64,000 nt of DNA from Clostridia bacterium (GTDB lineage: Bacteria > Bacillota > Clostridia > Oscillospirales > QAMX01): NCBI GenBank assembly GCA_017441705.1, contig JAFRWU010000103.1, positions 3,081-67,080 of the forward strand, read 5' to 3'. A program made the translations under genes and the position numbers. The notes under the pieces were generated by a model. It was not told the origin of the DNA. It saw nothing but the letters and a program-made list of their open reading frames with translations, and did not search any database. Shown piece after piece: positions 38,732 through 46,587 of the stretch (the stretch's first letter is position 1; each line of letters starts with the position of its first letter).

Positions 38732-41374
38732 TTATTTCACAATGAGCTTAGCCGCCGCGCTCGTCGTGGTTCCGTAGCTGTTTTTGACGACGCAGTGGAA
38801 GAGCAGACCGTTCCGGGCGGGGATAGCGTCCAGATAAATGGTGGCGGAGTTGCTGGAGAAGCTGGTATTCTTCCAGGTCTTTCCGCCGTCCGCGGAGTAC
38901 TGCCACTGGTAGCTCATCCCGCTGCCGATCGCAACGATCTTCATCGTCACGGTGTTCCCGTTCGCGGCGGTGACCGACGTGGGCTGGCTGACGATGGCGG
39001 GCTTGACGCCGGTGACGGTGAGTCTGACGGCGTTCGACACTGCGGTCCCGACGGCGTTTTTAACGACGCAGTGGAAGAGCAGGCCGTTCCGCGCGGAGAT
39101 CGCCTTCATGGAAACGGTGGCGGAGTTGCTGGCGAAGCTGGTGTTCTTCCAGGTATTGCCGTTGTCCGCGGAATACTGCCACTGGTAAGTAAGGCTGGAG
39201 CCGGTCGCCGTGATCTTGAAGGTCGCGGTATTGCCGTTGGCAGTCTTGACCGACGCAGGCTGCGTCTTGATCGCGGGCTTCGCCATGGCGGTAAGCTTCA
39301 CCGCATTCGACGTCGCGGTCCCGTAGCTGTTCTTGACGACGCAGCGGAAGAGCAGGCCGTTCCGTGCGGAGTTGGCGGTCAGCGAAATGGAAGAGGTGTT
39401 GCTCGTGAAGCTCGGGACCTTCCAGGTCTTTCCGCCGTCGGCCGAGTAATACCACTGATATTTCAGACTGATACCGGAAGCGGCCACGGAGAACTTCGCC
39501 GTTCCGTTCAGAGCGACGGTCACGGCCTTCGGCTGAGTCGTGATCGCGGGCTTATACCCGGTGACCGTCAGCTTGACGCTGTTCGACGTCACGCTTCCGG
39601 AAACGTTCTTGACGATGCAGCGGAAGAGCAGGCCGTCCCGGGCGGGAATCGCATCCATGGAAAGGGTCGCTGTGTTGCTGGTAAAGCTGGGAGTATTCCA
39701 AGTGCTTCCTCCGTTCGAGGAATACTGCCACTGGTAGGAAAGACCGGTGCCGGAGGCGACGACCTTAAAGGTTGCCGTTTTTCCGTAAGCAACCGAAACG
39801 GAGGTCGGCTGGGTGGTGATCGAAGGCTTCACCATTTTCCACTGCGCGTAGAGCGTGACGGTGGCGCCCTTGGTGGCCGAAAGATTCTTCACCGACGCGC
39901 CGTTCGCGTACGACGCGCCGCTGCCGTTCGCCTTGGTGTTCCAGCCGTTAAAGGAATAACCGGTTTTCTTGAAGGAATTGGAAGGCAGTGTCAGGGCGAC
40001 GTCGTAGGTGGCCGTTTTGGAACTCATCGAGCCGGAGGAGGCGCCGTTGCCGTTGAAGGCGATCGTGTAGGTATTGGCGGTCCACTTCGCGTATACGGAT
40101 ACGCTGTTTCCGCCGGCGTATTTCAGAAGAGTCGTGACGCTTGCCGATTTGAGAGGCTGCGTGAAATCGCTGTCAAGATACCATCCGGCGAAGGTGTATC
40201 CGGCCCTGGTCGGATCTGCCAGGGACGTGCTCGCGCCGAGGACGTAATAGGTCGGATTCGAACTGCTGTTGGTGCCGCCGTTCAGAACGTAATTGACCTT
40301 CCAGCAGCGGGTGAGTTTCGCGGAATCGGCATAGACCCAGTTGCCGTCGGTCAGCCGGTACCACGTGTTGCCCGGTTGGTTGACGGTTGAGCCGTTGATC
40401 GAAAGAATAGTCCCTTTGCTTGCCGTACGTACGGAAGACGCCCCTTCGTACGGACGCGTGCGAATGATCGCACTGCTGTCGCCCGTGACCTTGAAGTAGG
40501 CGGTCATCGACGTGATCGTCAGGGGATATTCATATCCGCACTTGGTGCAGATGCCGTCCTTGTAATTGTGGGAGGTGCATTTGGTCCAGACGGCGTAGAG
40601 GGTCAAGTTGGCGTTTTTGGAATAAGTCGCGCCCGCGTTGTACGAGGTGCCGGAACCGTCGCTCTTGGTGTTCCAGCATTTGAAGATGTACCCGACGCGG
40701 GTGGGCTTGGTGCTGGAAAGCTTGATGTCTGTACCGTTCAGTTTATACTGCGATCCCGGAGGAATGGATCCGCCGTTGGCATTGTACGTGACCGTATAAC
40801 GCTGCGTGACGTTGTCGGAATATACCCAGTTGCCGTCGGTAAGGCGGTACCAAAGATAACCTGTCTGAGAAGTGGTTTTTGCGTTGACAGTAAGGACGTC
40901 GCCTTTTTTGTTTGTTCTGACCGCTGTCGAATTGCTCCAATAGGGTCGGGTCCAGATGGTAGTGCCGTCAGAATTGGTAACGACAAAGGTACCGGACATA
41001 GAAGTGATTGTAAGAGGGTACTCGTAACCGCATCCGCTCGACTTACAGATTCCGCCGTCGTAAGAATGCTTATGTGTTTTGACGTAATCTTCCCATACCC
41101 AGAGATTGGTCAGATCCTTGCCTCCGTAACTGCCGGAAGCGATCTGATACCATTTGTTACCGGAGGAATTCGTAACGGAATCCTTGATTTTGAGTACGTA
41201 TCCCGCATCCTTGATTTTTACGATCGTCTCGGATGAACCGGAATAGGACGTATGAATGACCGCGTTTTCCTTCGATGTTTCATAATAGGTAATCGCGGCC
41301 GACGCTTTGATTGCGGGGATCAGGCACAGAACCAGGACGAGAGACGAGAAGAGCAGGATGAGCTTTTTCTTCAT
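38732..41374 (-). CDS. Secreted multi-repeat protein: signal peptide, 3 SH3b-like modules, 3 Listeria-Bacteroides (Flg_new) repeats, 4 Asp-box-containing repeats of about 92 aa
   Basis: The start was set at MKKKLILLFSSLVLVLCLIPAIKASA (GGAAGGAG SD). Flg_new signatures are YTVTYNANGG...GY.F.GWNT...LYAVW. SH3b-like signatures are WYRLTDGNWVY. No LPXTG, SLH or choline-binding anchor is seen. Confidence 0.8.
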   Translation of the reverse strand: MKKKLILLFSSLVLVLCLIPAIKASAAITYYETSKENAVIHTSYSGSSETIVKIKDAGYVLKIKDSVTNSSGNKWYQIASGSYGGKDLTNLWVWEDYVKTHKHSYDGGICKSSGCGYEYPLTITSMSGTFVVTNSDGTTIWTRPYWSNSTAVRTNKKGDVLTVNAKTTSQTGYLWYRLTDGNWVYSDNVTQRYTVTYNANGGSIPPGSQYKLNGTDIKLSSTKPTRVGYIFKCWNTKSDGSGTSYNAGATYSKNANLTLYAVWTKCTSHNYKDGICTKCGYEYPLTITSMTAYFKVTGDSSAIIRTRPYEGASSVRTASKGTILSINGSTVNQPGNTWYRLTDGNWVYADSAKLTRCWKVNYVLNGGTNSSSNPTYYVLGASTSLADPTRAGYTFAGWYLDSDFTQPLKSASVTTLLKYAGGNSVSVYAKWTANTYTIAFNGNGASSGSMSSKTATYDVALTLPSNSFKKTGYSFNGWNTKANGSGASYANGASVKNLSATKGATVTLYAQWKMVKPSITTQPTSVSVAYGKTATFKVVASGTGLSYQWQYSSNGGSTWNTPSFTSNTATLSMDAIPARDGLLFRCIVKNVSGSVTSNSVKLTVTGYKPAITTQPKAVTVALNGTAKFSVAASGISLKYQWYYSADGGKTWKVPSFTSNTSSISLTANSARNGLLFRCVVKNSYGTATSNAVKLTAMAKPAIKTQPASVKTANGNTATFKITATGSSLTYQWQYSADNGNTWKNTSFASNSATVSMKAISARNGLLFHCVVKNAVGTAVSNAVRLTVTGVKPAIVSQPTSVTAANGNTVTMKIVAIGSGMSYQWQYSADGGKTWKNTSFSSNSATIYLDAIPARNGLLFHCVVKNSYGTTTSAAAKLIVK
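38735..39832 (-). repeat. Four tandem in-frame repeats of 273-276 bp (91-92 aa), each with SxDxGxTW
   Basis: The unit is (V/A/Y)KP(A/S)I..QP.(A/S)V..A.G.TA.F.(V/I).A.G..L.YQWQYS.(D/N).G.TW...SF.SN....(L/M.....)AR(N/D)GLLF.C(V/I)VKN..G...S..(V/A).L(T/I)V. The copies diverge to roughly 70-80% nucleotide identity by eye. Confidence 0.85.
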
Positions 41375-41423
41375 ATACTGACTCCTTCCATACCGGTAGA
41401 ACCGGAATAAATTACCATCAGGA

Positions 41424-41452
41424 ATTATATCAAATCGAAAGGGAAAAAGCAA
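41424..41452 (-). promoter_or_regulatory. Promoter of the surface protein gene
   Basis: TTGCTT, 17 nt, TGaTATAAT (extended -10) on the minus strand, about 45 nt upstream of the ATG. Confidence 0.55.
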
Positions 41453-41525
41453 GGGAAAACAAAAGAAAAAGCCCTTCTGAAAGAAGAAAAAATCCTCTTC
41501 GGCGGCGCAGAAAAACCGCCGGAAG

Positions 41526-41558
41526 CAAAAAAGCCGTCCCGGACGATCCGGGACGGCT
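41526..41558 (-). terminator. Intrinsic terminator 22 nt downstream of the left 24-bp repeat copy
   Basis: 11-bp stem AGCCGTCCCGG/CCGGGACGGCT followed by TTTTTTG on the minus strand. Confidence 0.7.
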
Positions 41559-41580
41559 CTTGAGATGCGGGAAAGGAAAA

Positions 41581-41604
41581 TCACAGGGTGACGATGCGGT
41601 TTTC
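41581..41604. repeat. Left copy of the exact 24-bp direct repeat TCACAGGGTGACGATGCGGTTTTC
   Basis: Identical to 44140-44163, which is the reverse complement of codons ENRIVTL plus stop of the oxidoreductase gene. Confidence 0.9.
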
Positions 41605-41634
41605 CGCGTGCGGCGGGAGAGAAAAACGGGGGGG

Positions 41635-42237
41635 TCAGCGGTAGGATTTTCTGTCAAGCTTGCCGTTATAGGTCTTTCGGATCTCCGGGACCCTTTCGAA
41701 GGCTTTCGGGACCTTGTATCCCTCCAGCCGCGCCGAGAGGAACCGGCTCAAAGCCGGCAGATCCAGATCCTGCGCGGCGACGTACAGGAGCTTCGGCACG
41801 AAGCCGGAGATCCGGTCGGGGAGGGCGACGCAGATGCATTCGTCGATCCCGTCAAAAGCGAGCGCGGCCTCTTCGACCTCGGTCGGCGCGACCTTCAGAC
41901 CGCCGACGTTGATCACGTCGCCCTTTCGCCCGATGATGTAGACGAAGCCCTCCTCGTCGATGTAGCCGATATCGTTGTTGTACACGATCCCGCCGCGCAG
42001 AACGTCGCGCGTAAGCTCGGGCGAATTGACGTATTCGAGCATGTTGACGTCGCCTTTGCAGGCGATCAGGCCGAGATGATCCTTTGAAGAAGAGATCAAG
42101 CGCTTATCGTCGTCCACGATCAGGATCTCGGCGTTGGGCATGGGCTTCCCGATGCAGTTGGCGAGCCCTGGGTGGGCGACGCAGTCGTACATGGTCACCG
42201 ACGCCGCTTCCGGAACGATGTTCCTTCGTTCATCCAT
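41635..42237 (-). pseudogene. 3' fragment of an AMP-dependent synthetase/ligase (C-terminal roughly 200 aa only)
   Basis: It encodes the A6-A10 region (GEILIVD-like, GDVINVGGLKVAPTEVE, KLLYV..., GKLDRK) but lacks the N-terminal roughly 300 aa with the AMP-binding signature. There is no SD, and the ATG sits 6 nt after the stem of terminator 42243-42275. Confidence 0.7.
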
Positions 42238-42242
42238 TGAGA

Positions 42243-42275
42243 GAAAAAGGGCGGTCCCGCCGGACGGGACCGCCC
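42243..42275 (-). terminator. Intrinsic terminator of the 597-aa lipoprotein gene
   Basis: 11-bp stem GGGCGGTCCCG/CGGGACCGCCC followed by TTTTTC on the minus strand. Confidence 0.7.
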
Positions 42276-42291
42276 TGCTGCGCAGAAGGCG

Positions 42292-44085
42292 TCACTTGGT
42301 GATGTAATAATCAACGGACTGCAGATAATACTGCTCTGAGGATGCGTCTATTTTCTGCAGATTCTGGTTCGAATAGTCTCCGCGGTGCAGGTTGTACTGG
42401 TCGTAAAAGCCGATCTCCGCCCGATAGACCTCGTTGGTATCCGGGTCGTAGAGCCTGTCGTAGCCGAGCGCGGCGTCGCTGTTTTTCTGCGAGGCGATAT
42501 CATAGCTGGTCTGTCTGCTGCGCCATGCCGCGTTGTAGGAATCGTAGGCCGCCTGCATGCTCCGCCCTGCCGCCAGGATCGCATCGGTCTCATTCGCCAC
42601 GTTCTGCTGCGTCTGCTGTACGTAACTGCTGGTCAGGGTAAAGGAGGTCAGGCAGCGAAGCAGGACTTCTTCCAGCTCCGCGAACTCCGCTTCCGGCGCT
42701 GTGATCCCCATGACGTCGTAGACGCAGTAGTTGCCGAGGTCGATCCCGCCCTGCATATAGGTAAGCTTATTGGAGATCTCGCCGCCCACCAAACCTTGAC
42801 AGGCGGAACCGGTATCCGACGTGAAAGCGATCCGCAGGATGGAATTGTCCATGCAGGTGGGCGTCACCGGAGCGCTGCTTTGGTACTGTTCAAGCACCCG
42901 GACGTTATTCAGATCGGGGTACACGTAGGCGTAGCCCTGGATTTGATAGAGCAGCGCGATGAACTCGGGATATACTTTATAGAACTCCGAGGTCGTCGCA
43001 GGACTCAGCACCGGAACGCTCGCACCGGTCAGATATCCGTAGACGTCCGCGTCGAAGCTGCGCACGCCGGCCATGGATGCAAGACGGGCGTAATAGTCTT
43101 TTTCCGCCTGGCTCTTGTTGAAATACTCCATCTTGCAGTAGAAGAAGATCTTGCGTTCCGGAACGACCGGATCGTAGAGATATACGCCGAAATCGCTGAA
43201 CTGCTTGTGTGTCGTCAGGATCCAGTTTTCCGGGACTTCCATGGAAAAGATATCGTTGGACACCTGTACGGTGTTCAGACTCAGTCTCTCGGCGGGCTTT
43301 ACGGCGTATTCGCCGTATCCGGTCTTCTCCGCGCCGGTGTCATCGGGCTCTGACGTGTCGTCAGGGAGGGCTCCGCCGCCGGCATAGGCGCCGGCGCCGT
43401 TCCGGTAGAAGGAAACGATCTCTTCCAGGCTGGTGAAGACGGCGTCGTTGTCTGAAAGCGTTTTCTTTGCCGTGAATACCACGAAGGAATCGCCGATGGT
43501 CCCGCAGAGCCTGCGCATGAGGATCGTCGCGCCTTGGTCCGGCAGCTCATACTCGAACTCCATCTGCCAGAGCTCCCGGCCGCCGACGGTCACCGGCTTG
43601 GCTTCGGTGTATCGGGTGAGATCCGAACCGTAGGCCTCCTGCATCTCGGGAAGAAAACGGGTACGCAGATAACTCTCCGCATCCATCGTCACGCCCTTGT
43701 TGCGGATGACGATCACATAGGGGATAAGTCCCGGCTTGCTTGTGTCCATGCTCAGATAGAGGCCGGTCCCGTCCTCCCAGAGCTGACTCATCGGGAAACT
43801 GACGAGCGTGGAAAAATCGCCTTCGCGGCAGGAGACGATCCCGTATGCGTCGTCTCCGATCCAAGTCACCTCGTATCCGAAACGGGCGAGGAAATCCCCG
43901 CTATCCGGTTCCCGGATCTTATCCGGTTCGCCGGGAACGGCATCGCCGCCCGGCTCCGTCAGCGACTCGGTGTTTGGCTCGACCGATTCCCGGTATCTCC
44001 CGAGATCCCGCAGAAGAGAACAGCCCGAGAAAGAGAAGAGCAGAAGAAGGATCGCGAGGAGAGTCGATAGAATGCGCTTTTTCAT
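42292..44085 (-). CDS. Lipoprotein of unknown function (597 aa)
   Basis: Signal peptide with lipobox MKKRILSTLLAILLLLFSFSGC and GGAGG SD. I recognise no conserved domain. Confidence 0.7.
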   Translation of the reverse strand: MKKRILSTLLAILLLLFSFSGCSLLRDLGRYRESVEPNTESLTEPGGDAVPGEPDKIREPDSGDFLARFGYEVTWIGDDAYGIVSCREGDFSTLVSFPMSQLWEDGTGLYLSMDTSKPGLIPYVIVIRNKGVTMDAESYLRTRFLPEMQEAYGSDLTRYTEAKPVTVGGRELWQMEFEYELPDQGATILMRRLCGTIGDSFVVFTAKKTLSDNDAVFTSLEEIVSFYRNGAGAYAGGGALPDDTSEPDDTGAEKTGYGEYAVKPAERLSLNTVQVSNDIFSMEVPENWILTTHKQFSDFGVYLYDPVVPERKIFFYCKMEYFNKSQAEKDYYARLASMAGVRSFDADVYGYLTGASVPVLSPATTSEFYKVYPEFIALLYQIQGYAYVYPDLNNVRVLEQYQSSAPVTPTCMDNSILRIAFTSDTGSACQGLVGGEISNKLTYMQGGIDLGNYCVYDVMGITAPEAEFAELEEVLLRCLTSFTLTSSYVQQTQQNVANETDAILAAGRSMQAAYDSYNAAWRSRQTSYDIASQKNSDAALGYDRLYDPDTNEVYRAEIGFYDQYNLHRGDYSNQNLQKIDASSEQYYLQSVDYYITK

Positions 44086-44126
44086 GATGACCTCCAGTCG
44101 GGCAGCCGGCTTTTCCCGGTATGGCG

Positions 44127-44163
44127 GAAAACCGCATCGTCACAGGGTGACGATGCGGTTTTC
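44127..44163. repeat. Perfect 17-bp inverted repeat with 3-nt loop straddling the oxidoreductase stop codon
   Basis: GAAAACCGCATCGTCAC-AGG-GTGACGATGCGGTTTTC. There is no U-tract on either strand. Confidence 0.85.
44140..44163. repeat. Right copy of the exact 24-bp direct repeat
   Basis: Identical to 41581-41604. It forms the 3' end of the oxidoreductase CDS. Confidence 0.9.
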
Positions 44164-45111
44164 GCCGTCGGCGATATAGGCGTTTTCCAGAAGCTCGGTC
44201 AGGGCGACCGCCTCGTCCAGCCCCATTTCGGCGGGAGAGGGGAGCCCCTTCTCACAGGCGTCGACAAAACGCATGATGGGCGAGGGGACCGGGGATCTGT
44301 CCAGTTCGGGGACCGGGACGTCCTTGTACTTCTCGCTCTGGAAGATGATTTTGTCGTCGCAGGCGACCAGCGATCCCTCGGTGCCGTAAACCTCGGCCAC
44401 CAGGGGAGCCGAATAGGAGACGAAGGCCGTTTCCGCGACGCCGATGGCGCCGCTTTCAAACTCGACGGTGCAGATGGCGTTTTCATCAAGCCCGGTGCCG
44501 TAGAACTGATTGAAGAGCGCCGAGACCCGTTTCGGCCTGCCGCCGAGATCCGAGAGGAAGTACATGGCGTGGCAGCCCAGATCCATCATGGCGCCGCCGC
44601 CCGCTTTCGATCCGTCGAACCAGTACTCGGGCAGCCAGTTGCCCGAAACGCCGTTGTGGGCGTTGCGGTAACGGAAAAGCGAGATCTTTCCGAAGGCGCC
44701 TTCGGCGATCCTGGCTTTGATGTACCGGTAAACCGGATTGCATTTGTGCGGGAAGGAGATGCCGAAGGTCTTGCCTGAGGCGCGGATGGCGTCGGCCAGC
44801 TTCAGGGCTTCTTCCGTCGTGGTCTCCAGAGCCTTCTCGGTGAAGATGCACTTCCCGGCTTTCGCCGCTTTCAGGATGACCTCGCGGTGCATGGTGGTGG
44901 GGGTGGTGACGCAGACCGCGTCGATATCGGAAGCGAGCAGCTCGTCAAGCGAAGCGTAGAAGGGAACGCCGAGCTCTTCCGCCCACTTCTCTCCGCGGGC
45001 TTCCTCCTCGTCCCAGACGGCGACGACCTTGGATTTCCCGGTCTGATTGAATTCACGGGCGTATCCCGCGGCGTGCACGTGCCATTTGGAAAGCATTGCG
45101 ATTTTCAACAT
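44140..45111 (-). CDS. Gfo/Idh/MocA-family NAD(P)-dependent oxidoreductase
   Basis: The start was set at MLKIAMLSKWHVHA (AAAGGAGA SD). It has an N-terminal Rossmann fold and the EKA motif (FTEKALE). Confidence 0.8.
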   Translation of the reverse strand: MLKIAMLSKWHVHAAGYAREFNQTGKSKVVAVWDEEEARGEKWAEELGVPFYASLDELLASDIDAVCVTTPTTMHREVILKAAKAGKCIFTEKALETTTEEALKLADAIRASGKTFGISFPHKCNPVYRYIKARIAEGAFGKISLFRYRNAHNGVSGNWLPEYWFDGSKAGGGAMMDLGCHAMYFLSDLGGRPKRVSALFNQFYGTGLDENAICTVEFESGAIGVAETAFVSYSAPLVAEVYGTEGSLVACDDKIIFQSEKYKDVPVPELDRSPVPSPIMRFVDACEKGLPSPAEMGLDEAVALTELLENAYIADGENRIVTL

Positions 45112-45147
45112 GAACAGGTCTCCTTTCTGTGGCGAAAGCTCCAATGA

Positions 45148-46563
45148 TTACAGTTTCTGGTAAAGGGCGAGGTATTTTTCCGCCGAGATATCCCATCCGG
45201 ACTGATAGGTCATGCCGGCGGTGGTGATCTTCGCCCATTTTCCCTTGTCGCCGAAGGCGCCGACGGCGCGCCAGATCGAATCCAGCATATCGTGGGCGTT
45301 ATAGGTGCGGAAGGTAAAGCCGCGTCCGTTTCCTTCGTTGTCGGCGGGGGCCACGGTGTCCTTCAGACCGCCGGTTTCGCGGACGAGAGGCACCGTGCCG
45401 TACCGCATGGCGATCATCTGGGAAAGACCGCACGGTTCGGCCTTGGAGGGCATCAGCAGCAGATCGGCTCCGGCGTAGATCCGGTGCGAAAGCGCCGAAT
45501 CGAACTGCAGGCACGCCTTGACCCGCCCGGGATAATGCACCTCGGCAAGCCGGAAGAATTCCTCATACTGCCGTTCCCCGACGCCGAGGACGACGAACTG
45601 CACGTCGGCGGCCATCAGATCGCTGAACACGGCGCGTACCAGATCCAGCCCCTTGTGGGAGGCGAGCCGGGTGACCATCGCGATCAGCATGGGCTCGGGA
45701 CGTACGTCAAGGCCCAGCTCCTTCTGCAGGGCGGCCTTGCATTTGGCCTTGCCGCTGCGGCTGTTCAGCGAATAACGGTGAGGGATCAGCTTGTCCCGCC
45801 AGGGATCGTATTCCTTCAGGTCGATACCGTTGACGATGCCGGTCAGCTTGTGGGCGTTGGCGCGGATCACGTTTTCCAGACCGTGGCCGTAGAAGGAAAA
45901 ATGAAGCTCTTCGGCGTAGGTGGGGGAAACGGTGGTCACGGCGTCGGCCATGGTGATGGCGCCCTTCATCAGGTTGATGCAGCCGGCGTATTCGTAATCC
46001 GGATAATAGGAATCGGGCACGCCGCAGACGTCCGACAGGAAATTCTGCTGGCAGAAGCCCTGATATTCGATATTGTGGATGGTGAAAACGTTTTTGATCC
46101 CGGCATAGACGGGGATCCGGCTGAAGAAGGCGTGGTAGAAGAGCGGGATCAGAGCGGTCTGCCAGTCGTTGGCGTGGATCACGTCGGGGAAGAAATCGAC
46201 CGTCGGCAGGATCTCCAGAACCGCCTTGGAGAAGAAGGCGAAGCGCTCGCCGTCGTCGTACTGACCGTAGGGGGTGGGACGGTCGAAGTAGAATTCGTTG
46301 TCGATGAGGTAATAGGTCACGCCGTCCCGCACGGCGGTGTAGATGCCGCAGTACTGATGCCGCCAGGCAAGGTCGATCATGATGCTGGCCACGTACCGGA
46401 CGTCCTCGGGCGCGGCGTTTTTGATGGCCTTGTAGAACGGCAGAGCGACGGCGACTTCATTGCCGCTGCCCGCCAGGGTTTTGGGAAGCGCGCCCAGAAC
46501 GTCGCCCAGGCCGCCGGTTTTGAAAAAGGGAAGTGCTTCGCTTGCGGCGAAAAGGATTTTCAT
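45148..46563 (-). CDS. glgA: Glycogen synthase (ADP-glucose type)
   Basis: 471 aa beginning MKILFAASEALPFFKTGGLGDV. Confidence 0.95.
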   Translation of the reverse strand: MKILFAASEALPFFKTGGLGDVLGALPKTLAGSGNEVAVALPFYKAIKNAAPEDVRYVASIMIDLAWRHQYCGIYTAVRDGVTYYLIDNEFYFDRPTPYGQYDDGERFAFFSKAVLEILPTVDFFPDVIHANDWQTALIPLFYHAFFSRIPVYAGIKNVFTIHNIEYQGFCQQNFLSDVCGVPDSYYPDYEYAGCINLMKGAITMADAVTTVSPTYAEELHFSFYGHGLENVIRANAHKLTGIVNGIDLKEYDPWRDKLIPHRYSLNSRSGKAKCKAALQKELGLDVRPEPMLIAMVTRLASHKGLDLVRAVFSDLMAADVQFVVLGVGERQYEEFFRLAEVHYPGRVKACLQFDSALSHRIYAGADLLLMPSKAEPCGLSQMIAMRYGTVPLVRETGGLKDTVAPADNEGNGRGFTFRTYNAHDMLDSIWRAVGAFGDKGKWAKITTAGMTYQSGWDISAEKYLALYQKL

Positions 46564-46587
46564 GGAGGAGCTCCTTTCTCCGGTGGG

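Noticed and set aside
42360-42385. GGTTCGAAT (T-loop-like) motif suggesting a tRNA
   Set aside because: It lies inside the 597-aa lipoprotein CDS. No acceptor, D or anticodon stems can be drawn around it.
38566-44139. Islet as a prophage, ICE or transposon
   Set aside because: No integrase, transposase, relaxase, phage structural genes or terminal inverted repeats are visible. Only the 24-bp direct repeat hints at past mobility.
44127-44163. 17-bp palindrome as a canonical rho-independent terminator
   Set aside because: No U-tract follows on either strand. It is kept as a structural finding instead.
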